Source: Patescibacteria group bacterium (lineage in GTDB: Bacteria > Patescibacteriota > Gracilibacteria > BD1-5 > UBA2023). Taken from it: 62,715 nt of DNA. Below the pieces are notes generated by a model that saw nothing but the letters and a program-made list of their open reading frames with translations, was not told where the DNA came from and ran no database searches. The stretch's first letter is position 1; the number at the start of each line of letters is the position of its first letter. Both the position numbers and the translations under genes were made by a program. The stretch is taken from assembly GCA_031539165.1 (NCBI GenBank), contig JAVKLK010000034.1:1-62715 (forward strand). The letters are read 5' to 3'. Positions 47,364 through 57,920 of the stretch are shown here, piece after piece.

Positions 47364-48341
47364 ATGAATTTTCCTTTCTCGTTGAGTTCTCGCTTCTCTG
47401 CTGCAACATCTGGAGTTCAGGGTTTTTCTACGGTTCTCGCACTGTTACTCACGGGTTTTCTTGTGACACTTGCTGCAGGAGTACTGTTTTTGTTTCTTTC
47501 AGAAAATAAGATAAATCAATCTCTTTTCAATGGAACATCCTCCTTCCACGCGGCAGAAGGAGCTATGGAATATACTCTCCTCAAGCTCAAGCATCATCGA
47601 GAGTGATTTCAGGATACTCTTGAGGCTTCTAGTTTCGATGGAGAGACACTGCGTACTGGAGCCTGAAGGGAAGCAAAAATGTCCTATGAAATACAGGCTC
47701 AGGCTACGACATATACGGGAACTATCGCTCCAAACACTTTTGAAATTCTTCCACTTTTTGTGGAGAAAGGAAAAACTCTGCATTCAAACTCAGATGGATC
47801 TTTCTGGAATGCTCCGAATGGTCCAGACACACTTTCTCCTCCAAGAGCATTTTATGATAAACAAGAAACGGGAGAGGCTTCTCTTACTATTTTGGAGGGG
47901 GAGAGGATGGTATGGAATATTATTGGGAATGATACTTCAGGGGATACATTTGGAATCTCTGGAATTCTCTGTAAGACATTTGCTGGTCCTCCCTGCATTC
48001 CTGGAACCGACCCCTTAGTAGCCTCCCCCGTAAGTCCGACTCTTACATCTGCGAATAGATGAAACTTCCGTAAATATCAGAATGGAATCCTTTCTCAGGA
48101 AACAAAAACAGTAGGAGATTTCCTGAGCACCTATGTGGAGAATTATCTGGTTTTATATAATCCAACGAATCAGGCAGTTCGTTATACTCTAGCTTCTCCT
48201 CCAGACCGTCCTTTTGCCCTTCCAAACGTGCGTGTTGTGGCAAGTGGTCTTGTAGGGAATTCTCGAATTTCCCTCTCACTCTCAGAAAATAAATCAAAAC
48301 TTTTCGAGGTTCTCAAATATAGCCTTTTTGTTCCAGAATAA
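47364..48341 (+). CDS. Pilus-associated protein with an N-terminal hydrophobic anchor (PilX/GspK-like position), 325 aa
   Basis: ORFs 47364, 47679 and 48135 are in frame 0 and join by TGA. N-terminal ..GFSTVLALLLTGFLVTLAAGVLFLF. It is the last gene of the pilin block. Confidence 0.5.
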
Positions 48342-48378
48342 ACTTCTGCTCTCGGAGTTACTGATGCGGTGAGCTGGA

Positions 48379-49581
48379 TTATTCGTGAGATTCTCCGTAC
48401 TTTCCCATTTGGAAATCCCACTTCTTTGTCTCTTGATTGAAAATATAGATGATTTCGTATCCATCCGATCATTTCTGGTAATCTCGCGGAAGCCAAGGAA
48501 GATACTTTTTGTCAAAGAGCTCTTGTGCATCTACAGCATGTTTCCCTGTCTGAGAGAAATATGCAGTATCAGCATCTTGTACGTATTGAAGATTCATCTC
48601 ACGAACGGACTTGTCCAGATACGAAGAACAAAATGCGGATACATCGGTTTTTTCTATTTCTTCTTGTTTTTCTCAAAGAGCTTTCTTTGCAGCAGCCCGA
48701 GCCCGTTCTACTTGTTGGAGAAATGCGGGGGTGAGTTTTCTTCCTTCTGCAAAAGCTGGTATGAGAAGGTTTTTTAGTTCCGTTGTGACTTTTCGACATA
48801 CACTGGTTTCATCGGGGTCTATATTTTCTGCGAGGGAGAGGAACATGATAATGGCTTTTTCTCTGTCTCCGGTTTTCCCTTGCATAATAGCGCTCATTAT
48901 CCGAGATCACCTTGGTGCCGTATCGTGAACTCCGGCAACTTTGTACCAGTATGATGCCTCTTCGGGGTTGTTATTATTCCAGTATGAGGTATATGCAAGG
49001 TAATAGGGTATCATCGGATCATTGCAGGGATTTCGTACCGCCGGATCGTTAAAAAGCTTTTGGAGGTTATATTCTGCTCGTATTTTTTCGAGCTTTGGCA
49101 TGTCACAGTTTTTCGAGATACCCTTTTTCCCGAGAGATAGAGCCTCCTCCACATGTCTCTTTGCTTCTTCTTTTGAAAGAGTTTCATAGCGTTCGTTAAC
49201 ATCAGGAAGAAGAAGTAGTCCTATCTGGTAGGGGTACGTGAAGTGAGGGGATATATCCGTAATGAGTCCAAGCATCGCTGCAAGGTAGGCTTTGTACTCT
49301 GCACCGATAGCGTTTCATCCAATATACTGAATCGTTTGAAGCCAGTATATATCCGCCACAACCGTTTCTAGTCCAGCACTCCCGATGCGAACCGCATCTC
49401 GTGTCGGTATGAACTCAGGATGGTCGATAAGATTGCGTTGGATTTGCTTATGCATTGCATAATTTTGTCCTGTCCCGAGCCAATAAAACACTCAGAAACA
49501 TCCGGCTATCACAAGGAGAAATAGGATGATTCCGAGGATCTTTTTGAGAAATTTGAGATTAAATACCGATTCCTTCTTCAT
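48379..49581 (-). CDS. Membrane-anchored hypothetical protein (400 aa), helical-repeat-like
   Basis: The ATG at 49581 gives MKKESVFNLKFLKKILGIILFLLVIAGCF. ORFs 49492, 48907 and 48673 are in frame and join by TGA (49492, 49315, 48907, 48673, 48469). The stop is TAA at 48379. The start overlaps the jag 3' end by 23 nt. Confidence 0.55.
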
Positions 49582-50104
49582 TGAGTTCTGATGAGAGATG
49601 TTTCGCTGGGGTTGCTTGAGGAGATTGCGTTTGGCTGCATCGGATATACATGTGTCTGTTTTCTCCTTCTCCTTCACTATGTGCTTCAATTCCAGAGTCA
49701 TTCTTTGCTTGAATATAGTGATGAATTTTTTTGCGTTCCGCTCCAGTGAGTTTGCTGAGCTGGATGGGTACCCCTTGCTCTCGAGCTTCCTGTATCTTTG
49801 ATTCTACATATCGGAATAACCGTTCTTCTTTTGATTTCAGATAGTCATTTACTTCAATATGAATGATGCAATGTTTCCCGGAACTTTTTTCGACCATTCT
49901 TCCAAATAAATGGGTAATTTGTTCGAGAGACTGACCGTGTATGCCGATGAGAAGCTTTGAGTCAGGAGATTTGATACTCACCCTATATGCTTCAGAATCA
50001 TCTTCCTCCGCATCGACTTGAATTGAATCGAATTCAATCGACATGCGAGTGAAGAAATCTTGTGCGAGGGTGAGAATTGTATCACGCATAGGCACAGTAT
50101 ACAC
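49559..50104 (-). CDS. khpB: Jag/KhpB-type RNA-binding protein (KH plus R3H domains)
   Basis: ..LLIGIHGQSLEQITHL.. (KH-like) and ..LTGAERKKIHHYI.. (R3H-like). Uninterrupted 181-aa ORF. Confidence 0.7.
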   Translation of the reverse strand: MYTVPMRDTILTLAQDFFTRMSIEFDSIQVDAEEDDSEAYRVSIKSPDSKLLIGIHGQSLEQITHLFGRMVEKSSGKHCIIHIEVNDYLKSKEERLFRYVESKIQEAREQGVPIQLSKLTGAERKKIHHYIQAKNDSGIEAHSEGEGENRHMYIRCSQTQSPQATPAKHLSSELNEEGIGI

Positions 50105-50172
50105 AAACCAAGAAATAATCCATGAGAATCATTTGATTCTCTCTCGCCTTTCGATATAACTCATGCACACAC

Positions 50173-50262
50173 GGAGGATTCGCATAGTGGTCGAGTGCAC
50201 ACCCTTGGAAAGGGTGCAGGCGGGAAACTGCCTCAAGAGTTCGAATCTCTTATCCTCCGCCA
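50173..50262 (+). tRNA. tRNA-Ser (anticodon GGA), class II, CCA encoded
   Basis: Acceptor GGAGGAT/ATCCTCC, anticodon stem-loop CACCC-TTGGAAA-GGGTG, long variable arm CAGGCGGGAAACTGCCTC, T loop GTTCGAATC. Confidence 0.85.
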
Positions 50263-50329
50263 AAATAAAAGCTAGTATTGAATTAGTAGAGAGTCTTTTT
50301 CTGAAAAATAACAGTAAAATGATTCTGGC

Positions 50330-50836
50330 ATGAACAAAGAAATACTTTTTTTGTATGCGAACCATGTTCGTTTAGAAATCGAAAAACATAAAAATTTTCA
50401 TTCCCATAAAGAGCGAAATATGACAGTATTTCCAAAGGGTTGTTGTGACGAGGCTAGCTGGATATTATGGAAGTACTTTTCTGAGAAATGAATCTCCTGA
50501 TTCAAGAGAATGCACGTATCGTGATGGGACCTTTCGAGAGATATTTCACATGTATGGCTTGAGAATGATGAATTTTCGATAGATATAACAGGCGACCAAT
50601 TCAATGGCTGGTGGAATTACCACTTCAACCCCGTTGTTGTTATTCCTCGCGAGAAATACTTCTTCAATGAGATCATTGATTCCAATGTAACTAACAGCTT
50701 AAACATTAAATCCCAACCGAGCGATGGATACGAATCATTTATCGTTGGAGTAGAGATGGTTAATCAGATGAATATAACTGATTTTTACGGATATCTTGTC
50801 CAAGAAGGGCTGTTGACCAAGTCTCTAAACATATAA
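50330..50836 (+). CDS. Transglutaminase-like (Cys-His-Asp) domain protein (168 aa)
   Basis: Table-25 ORF with 3 TGA. ..FPKGCCDEASWILWKYFSEKGISGF....ISHVWLENDEFSIDITGDQF fits the transglutaminase-core pattern G.C...A....H.W.E....iD.T. Confidence 0.5.
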
Positions 50837-50878
50837 AAGAACTCCTCAATACAATTTCTTTGTTTGAGTGAGTGTGGT

Positions 50879-51571
50879 CTATTTATCTGAGTCTCTTGAA
50901 AATCCATCTTTAACCCAAAAATATAGGGCTCTGGTCGATAATGAACATACAAGACTTCCAATTCCTAAAATAATAGATTTTCATACCCAAACAATTTCTT
51001 CTCAACTAAAAAGAAAGCCGTATAGAAGCGCTAAAGTTAGAATAATCAAACTAATACTTATAGAAAGTCTGAACCATCATTTTTGTATTCGATTCTCAAT
51101 GATTGCAAACTGTGCTATCTTAAGTAAAACGACAGATCCAATTCAGGGAACAACAATAAAAATTAGTACCAGGAATATTAATATATCATCTTTTGAAGTT
51201 ATATAGTCTAACTGCTTAACTACAGAATCTCAGAAAGATAACTTTGTTGGCGGACTTGCAATCCAATTGTTACAAATGCGATAGTGACGGTATCAGGAGT
51301 AATCCTTAATCCAAGTTCCGCTACTGGTACAGGGTGGCTTATCCTGCCTGGCAGACTGTACATATCTTTCCCAAGCCAAGTGTTCTGTTGGGTATTTGAT
51401 TTTCCAACTCATATAAGTTTCGTAGTCCCGTTCTGACTCTATAACTCTGTTCTGAGCGTTGGACAGAAGAAGTCATATAAATATTGTGAGGGAAATTAGT
51501 AGAAAAAATCAACTAACTTTACTGGAGTTAAGATTGAGCATGAGTCTGGAAGTTTTATTTACTAGTGACAT
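50879..51571 (-). CDS. Four-TM membrane protein (230 aa) in the AT-rich islet
   Basis: The minus strand is open from the ATG at 51571 to the TAG at 50879 under table 25 (7 TGA). It has four clear hydrophobic segments. It competes with the plus-strand standard-code ORF 50868..51206. Confidence 0.5.
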
Positions 51572-51684
51572 ATTTCTCTAAGTTACCAGTCAATGGTAAG
51601 TATAATTCTTTTTAAAGAAAACTTTTTATGTCTCAGGTGTCCTGATAAAATTGAAAACCAACACTGATTTTGTAGAGGTTTCTT

Positions 51685-52458
51685 CTAACTCCTCAAACCC
51701 CTCCCGCTGCGAATAATCCAATAGGCCCAACTCCAAAATACGATACAGCCTCCGAGGAGCATCGACCAGGCAAATATATGGGAAATGCTCGATATCCCGA
51801 GAAACCCGTATCGAAAGAGATCTACCATAGAGTAGATGGGATTCCAGTGAGAGAGCGTTTTCCAAAAAGGAGAGAGAGACTCGGTGCTATAAAATACTCC
51901 ACCCAAGTAGGTGAGTGGGGTGAGTACAAACGTAGGGATGATGGATACTCCATCGAAGTTTTTCGCATAGAGTCCATTCACGAGTCCAGCAAGCGAGAAA
52001 AAGAGTGTCGTCAAGAATATACTCGCAAAGATTACTCCTATGTGAGCGTAGGGAAGCGATACAAAAAATGTAGTCGTCATCAGTACGAGTCCGGCAATCA
52101 CCAATCATCGGATGATTCCTCCCGAAGCAAATCCCAATGTCACGACCCAAGCAGGGGATGGAGACACGAGTATTTCCTCGATATTCTTCTGAAATTTTGC
52201 CGCGTATACTACTGTGGCGGTATTCGAGAAGGCATTGGTAATTACCCCCATCATGATGAGTCCGGGAGTAATAAATGCCGCATAGGAAACCCCAGATATC
52301 TCTCCGATACGACTCCCGAGAAATCCGCCAAATACCGCAAAATAGAGACTTGTGGTAATAATGGGTGGGAGGATGGTTTGTGGCCATATTCGAAATATCC
52401 GAATCGTCTCACGACGTGCCATGGTGAGGAGCGAGATATAGATCTGATACGCGGTCAT
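51685..52458 (-). CDS. ABC-2 type transporter permease (Wzm/TagG/YadH-like)
   Basis: ORFs 52105..52458 and 51685..52104 join by the TGA at 52105. It has six TM segments and lies 9 nt downstream of the ATPase gene. Confidence 0.8.
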
Positions 52459-52467
52459 AGGAGGGAG

Positions 52468-53358
52468 TTACTGGCTTTTTTTCGTTGATTTCTTCTCGGT
52501 TTTTTGTGTGAGCTTGAGGAAGAGCTCTTCAAGTCGGTTTGTTTTGTTTCGGAGGCTCGTTATGACTTTCCCTTCTTGTTCAAGTTTGGCTATCGCACTT
52601 CCAATCCGCTCTGTTTTCTTGATAGATACTTCAAGAGTTTCCCCATCAGCAGTATCGAGAAGATAGGAGCTTTCGTTCATGGTGCTCAAGAGATCTTTCA
52701 TGTTTCCTTCTTGTACAATTTCCCCATGATTTATGATGGCGACTCTGTCACAGAGAGTTTCTGCCTCTTCAAGATAGTGAGTGGTGAGTATAATCGTTAC
52801 CCCACTCTGATTTAATTTCTTCAAGAATTCCCACATTTCTCGACGCAGCTCGATATCCACCCCAGCGGTTGGCTCATCGAGAATAAGAATCTGAGGGGCA
52901 TGGATGAGAGCTCTCGCAATCATAAGGCGACGTTTCATTCCCCCTGAGAGGTTTCGAGATGCCTCATGTCTCTTATCAAAGAGTCCGAGATCCTTGAGGA
53001 GCATATCTGCTCTTGGTCCACTCTCGGACAGGGGGATGCCGTAGTACCCTGCCTGAGTCGTGATAATATTGTGGACGGTTTCAAAAATACTAAAATTGAA
53101 CTCCTGAGGCACGAGACCAATAGAGGATTTGGCTTGGACTGGGTCACGCATGATATCAAATCCATGTACTTCCACGTGGCCGCTTGTAGGTCGGGTGAGA
53201 CCAGTCACAACTCCTATGGTGGTAGATTTCCCAGCACCATTTGGTCCAAGGAGTGCGAAAAAGGTTCCTTGAGGGATATCAAGGTTGATGCCCTTTATTG
53301 CTTCAAAGCCATTCGCATAGGTTTTCTTGAGATTTCTGAGAGAGATGGCGGATGACAT
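52468..53358 (-). CDS. ABC transporter ATP-binding protein (Wzt/TagH/YadG-like)
   Basis: GPNGAGKST, LSGGMKRRL and ILILDEPTAGVD motifs. Uninterrupted 296-aa ORF. Confidence 0.9.
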   Translation of the reverse strand: MSSAISLRNLKKTYANGFEAIKGINLDIPQGTFFALLGPNGAGKSTTIGVVTGLTRPTSGHVEVHGFDIMRDPVQAKSSIGLVPQEFNFSIFETVHNIITTQAGYYGIPLSESGPRADMLLKDLGLFDKRHEASRNLSGGMKRRLMIARALIHAPQILILDEPTAGVDIELRREMWEFLKKLNQSGVTIILTTHYLEEAETLCDRVAIINHGEIVQEGNMKDLLSTMNESSYLLDTADGETLEVSIKKTERIGSAIAKLEQEGKVITSLRNKTNRLEELFLKLTQKTEKKSTKKSQ

Positions 53359-53379
53359 ACGAAGAATTAAAGCTCTATC

Positions 53380-54480
53380 TTACCTAATAAAAGAAGAAAT
53401 TGAATTCTGGAATTTCTTTTTTGAGAATTCCAGTCCGTGATTTCGCAGGGCTTCCGGGTTCATGTTTTTTTGTTCAAACCGATCAAGAGCATCTTCGAGT
53501 TTTTCGGGGGTCTGCTCATCAAAGAAAATCCCGGTTACTTCGTCAATTACAGTCTCCTTCGCTCATCATTTTCCATAAGCAATGACGGGCGTTCCACACA
53601 TCATGGCTTCTATGGGGACGAGTCAAAAATCTTCTTCTTGTGGAAAGAGAAATGCTTTCGCCTGTGTGTAGAGTGCCACTTTTTCTGCGTCTGAAGGACG
53701 AAATATCCAGGTGATATTTGGTTTTGATTGGGCTTTCAGACTTCGGTACAGAGGAGTATCGGTGCTGGTTGCGAGCACAAGGGGCTTTCCATTTTTGTTA
53801 AACGTCTGTACGAGGAGATCCATCTTCTTGTAGGGTACGCACCGACCAAGTCAGAGGTAAAAATCTTGTTTCTTTTCTCCAAGAGGAAATATTGCATCAT
53901 CGACCCCAGGATAGATGATTGTGGAGTCTCGATGGTAGTATTTTTTGATTCTTTCCGCTGTTGTTTTGGAGTTTGCAATGAAAGAGTCTACTCGCTGCGC
54001 TGCATCATAGTCCATTTTCCTCATCCATCACTGAACTCCCCGAAAGAATATCCGAGCTATTGGATTGAGCAGGCCAAATTCCATCATATTTTCATATTCT
54101 TGAGCATGACTCCAGTAATACCGAGTTGGAGTATGGCAGTAGCAAAAGTGTTTTGTGTTCGCTCCACGTTTTTTGTACCCAGCATGTTTTGCTTCGGCGG
54201 AGCATGAAGAAATGATGATGTCATAGTTCGAGAAATCAAAACTCCGGAAGGCGAAAGGTCGAAGAATACCAGCGAGTTTATGTCTTCTGTTTATGAAGGG
54301 AATTTTTGCAATCCAACTGGTATATATATTTCTCCCTGTAAGCATGGGGTGCTCCATGAAACAAACGCTCGTATAAATATCAGCATCTGGATAGAGTTCA
54401 AGAAGATGGGATATAACAAGTTCTGCTCATCAGAAATCTATGAGCCAATCGCATACAATGGCAATTCGTGGGGTATTCAT
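53380..54480 (-). CDS. Glycosyltransferase family 4 (GT-B fold)
   Basis: N-terminus IAIVCDWLIDF-G-G-AELV (TGA TGA at 54427-54432). C-terminus [29 protein letters not shown]. All pieces are in one frame. The stop is TAA at 53380. Length 366 aa. Confidence 0.85.
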
Positions 54481-54564
54481 ACATGGATTGTATCTATTTT
54501 GATGGCTAATCCAGTTCTCTGATTGTTTTTTCTTCGGAAACATCTATAGTCCTTCTACTATTGT

Positions 54565-55446
54565 ATGCCTATGTCAGTACTTGCGATTACTTCCGGATAT
54601 TTTAATCCTATCCACCCCGGACACATTGAGTGTTTCGATCTTTCTCGTTCAGAAGCAGGAGCGGATGAGCTCTGGGTTATTGTGAATAATGATATTCAAG
54701 CGGAACGTAAGCGGGGGACGAAAAGCTTTCAAGATGAGACATTTCGTCTGAAGATTGTAGAGTGAATCAGATGAGTAGACCGAGCATTCCTCTCTCTTGA
54801 TGAAGACCAATCTGTTTGCAAAAGTCTCAAGACGCTCATTCAACAAGCCAAAGATTCTGGGAAATTCACTGATATTATTTTTACAAAGTGAGGAGACCGA
54901 TTTGCTCATGAGGTTCCAGAGGCTCAAATTTTACGAGATGCATGAGTTCGAATTGTGGATTGACTTGGTGCAAAAACACATAATTCGTCTGATTTTGTCA
55001 GAAAAATTAAGGACTGAGCGGACGAAGCTGAGCTAGAAAAAAAACTGCGAGAACTTCCGAAAAATATTACCGAGTGAAGGTACTTGGAGGTGGGGAATCG
55101 ACCCTGGGGAGTCTACTATGTGCTTGAAGATGCTCCGCTCTATAAGGTAAAAAAAATCATCGTACATCCGGGAAAAAGACTCTCTCTCCAATCTCACAAA
55201 AGAAGGAGTGAACATTGGATTGTTGTTTCTTGAGTGGCAACCGTCGATATTCGAAACCCCGACTTTGGTGAAATAGAGCAATGTAAGATTCTGCTTTCCA
55301 ATGAAGGTTGTCATATTCCTGCATGATATATTCATAGACTTTCGAATCATTCTCCCGAGCCTCTCGTAATTGTAGAAATTCAATGTGGAGAATACACAGG
55401 CGAAGATGATATTGTCCGATACCAAGATGATTTCTGAAGAATATAA
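54565..55446 (+). CDS. Fusion protein: cytidylyltransferase-like nucleotidyltransferase (RfaE domain II-like) plus cupin of the mannose-6-phosphate isomerase type II family
   Basis: N-terminus SGYFNPIHPGHIE, ..FTK-G-GDR and ..D-G-LGAKTHNSS. C-terminus NRPWGVYYVLED..YKVKKIIVHPGKRLSLQSHKRRSEHWIVVS-G. A single frame-1 ORF with 9 TGA. The stop is TAA at 55444. Confidence 0.7.
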
Positions 55447-55463
55447 GTAGTTAACTTTTTTTC

Positions 55464-56621
55464 ATGCAACATTCCCTTTTCCGTAATATTCAATTCCCCC
55501 TTATTCTTGCCACAGCATTTCTGGATATTCTCGGAATAGGTATTTTGATACCGATTTTTCCTTTTTTGATCAAAGGATTCTGAATGTCTGCAGAGTGGGT
55601 TGGGTACAGTATGGCTATTACTTCCGCAGGAATGTTTCTCGGTTGATTTATTTTTTGAAGACTTTCTGATGTTCATTGACGAAGAAGTATGCTTCTTTGG
55701 ACTTCAGCCTGTAACATACTCGGGTACATCTCTCTTATTTTTGCCCCGACGTTTGTGTTTTTCTTGGTAGGAAGGTTTATAGCAGGACTTGCATGATCTG
55801 GTATTGGAGTTACGCAGGCATACGTTTCTGATATATCAACGCCAGCCACGAGAATGAAAAAAATGTGACTTATCGGCGCGATGTTCGGCCTTGGATTTCT
55901 TATTGGTCCAGCAATCGGGTGACTCCTTGCTTCTGTATCAAATACGGCAGTGGCCTTGGCTGGTGTTATTGCTGCAACAGCGAACTTTCTACTTATTCTC
56001 TTGTTCCTTCCTGAATCAAAGAAACAGAATTCAAAGCAGACTCCTGATGTTCCGGGGAGTCTTACTCCACTCATGGTAACATTGTTTGTTCTTTCTTTTG
56101 TTGCAACTGTTGCCTTTTCTCCCATTCAGGCGATTTCGTGACAGTACTATGTTGATATGTTCCACTTTAATGCTGCTCAAATATCTCATGTACTCATTGT
56201 TATAGGTCTCACGAGCATTCTCTATCAGGGGTTTCTCATTAAATACCTTCGAGTGTACTTCAAGGAAATCTCCATGATGTTTCTCGGAATACTGCTTCTG
56301 CTGGTTTGATTTCTCTTTCAGGCTATCAATACGCACCCGATTGCTTTATGGGCAATTCTTCCACTCTTTCCTTTGGGAATGGGGGCGCTTCAGCCGTCTA
56401 TTAATTCCCTTGTGGCAAAGGATGCCTGAGAGTCTACGGGGAAATACCTTGGGATGAATAACTCATATATGAGCATTGGGAATATTGTTGGTCCTATACT
56501 TGCTGGCTATTTGTATGGAAAATGATATACTCTTCCGTTCATTGCAAGTGCCCTTCTTCTTGCAGTAACTCTCTTTTTTGTATATTGAGTTATTTATAAA
56601 CGCCATGCCCATGCTCAGTAG
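55464..56621 (+). CDS. MFS transporter
   Basis: 12-TM-like hydrophobicity. MFS motif A G(TGA)RLSDVH-G(TGA)-RRSML. Frame 0 is open with 11 TGA to the TAG at 56619. Confidence 0.8.
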
Positions 56622-57276
56622 TATCGCAAGATACACCCTCCTACTTCTTCTGTTTAGCCCTCTTCTTGCCGGATGTGAGAAAGCCAAAGAAACTCCCGTT
56701 GTCAACACTCCTCCCTCAGTAATTCTTGCTCTCGGAGATTCTCTTACGGCAGGTTTGGGAGTTGACGTACTCGATACCTATCCTGCTCAACTGGAAGAGC
56801 GCTTGAAACAGGGCTGATATAGCTACACAGTCCAAAACGCTGGAGTTTCTGGAGAGACATCCACACAACTTTTAGCTCGCCTTGATTGGGTCCTTGAAGG
56901 AAATCTACAACCACCAGCACTTGCTATTGTTGAAATCGGGGCAAACGATGCATTTCAGGGTATTTCTCCTCAGGTGACTCGCGCGGCCATTCAGGAAATT
57001 GTATCAAAACTCAAGGCTCGCTCCATACCGGTTCTTCTAACTGGCATGAAGGCACCTCCAAACTTAGGGGCTGATTTCCGAAGTCAGTTCGATGCCCTTT
57101 TTGCTGATATTGCCAAAACAGAACAAGTCCCACTCATGGAATTCTTCTTGCAAGATGTTGCTGCAGTTCCTTCACTCAATCAAGCCGATGGCATACATCC
57201 AACAAAAGAGGGATATGCCGTTGTCGTGAAGCATCTCATGGAAGAGCTCCGAAAACATAATCTTATATATAAATAA
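56605..57276 (+). CDS. SGNH/GDSL hydrolase, TesA-like arylesterase lipoprotein
   Basis: Lipobox LLAGC, block [17 protein letters not shown] and DGIHPT. One TGA. It overlaps the MFS gene by 17 nt. Confidence 0.8.
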
Positions 57277-57281
57277 CCGAT

Positions 57282-57920
57282 ATGATACAGCTTTCGCATA
57301 TAGAAAAATCGTATAATTCAGGAGGAGAGCGCGTGGAGATACTCAAAGACTTTTCTCTTTCGGTACAGTCGGGCGAATTTATTGCGCTTATGGGTCCTTC
57401 TGGATCAGGAAAATCAACCATCCTCGGACTCATAAGTGGATTACTTTCTCCTGATTCATGAGAGGTCCAAGTGGGGGATTTTCGTTTCTCTGGACTTTCC
57501 AATGATCAAATTACCGCAATTCGCTGATCCAATATAGCCTATATATTTCAATCGTTTGAGCTTATTCCAACCTTAACCGTTCGTGAAAATATAGAACTTC
57601 CTCTGGATATTAATCCTGGAGTGCCTCGTCGATTTGCGGTAGAAGAACTTCTTGATCGAGTTGGACTTACGGGGAAATCAGAACGATACCCCAATGCGTT
57701 ATCTGGTTGAGAAAAGCAACGGGTTGCCATAGCAAGAGCATTCATTGGAAGCATGCCCTATCTTCTTGCAGATGAGCCAACCGGAAACCTTGATCGAAAG
57801 ACGGCAGATGTCATTATGGAGCTCATCGTACAGCTCCATAAAGAAACGGGTAATACCATCATTTTGATTACACACGACCCTGTAGTTGCGGCTCGGGCTG
57901 ATCGGATTGTTTCGTTGTAG
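57282..57920 (+). CDS. ABC transporter ATP-binding protein, YbbA/LolD/MacB-ATPase-like
   Basis: [13 protein letters not shown](TGA 57708)[10 protein letters not shown] and [11 protein letters not shown] motifs. Length 212 aa. Confidence 0.88.

Noticed and set aside
50868-51206. Plus-strand 112-aa standard-code ORF in the AT-rich islet.
   Set aside because: The minus strand gives a longer (230-aa) ORF with four clear TM segments under table 25. The plus-strand product is low-complexity. The rejection is only moderately confident.
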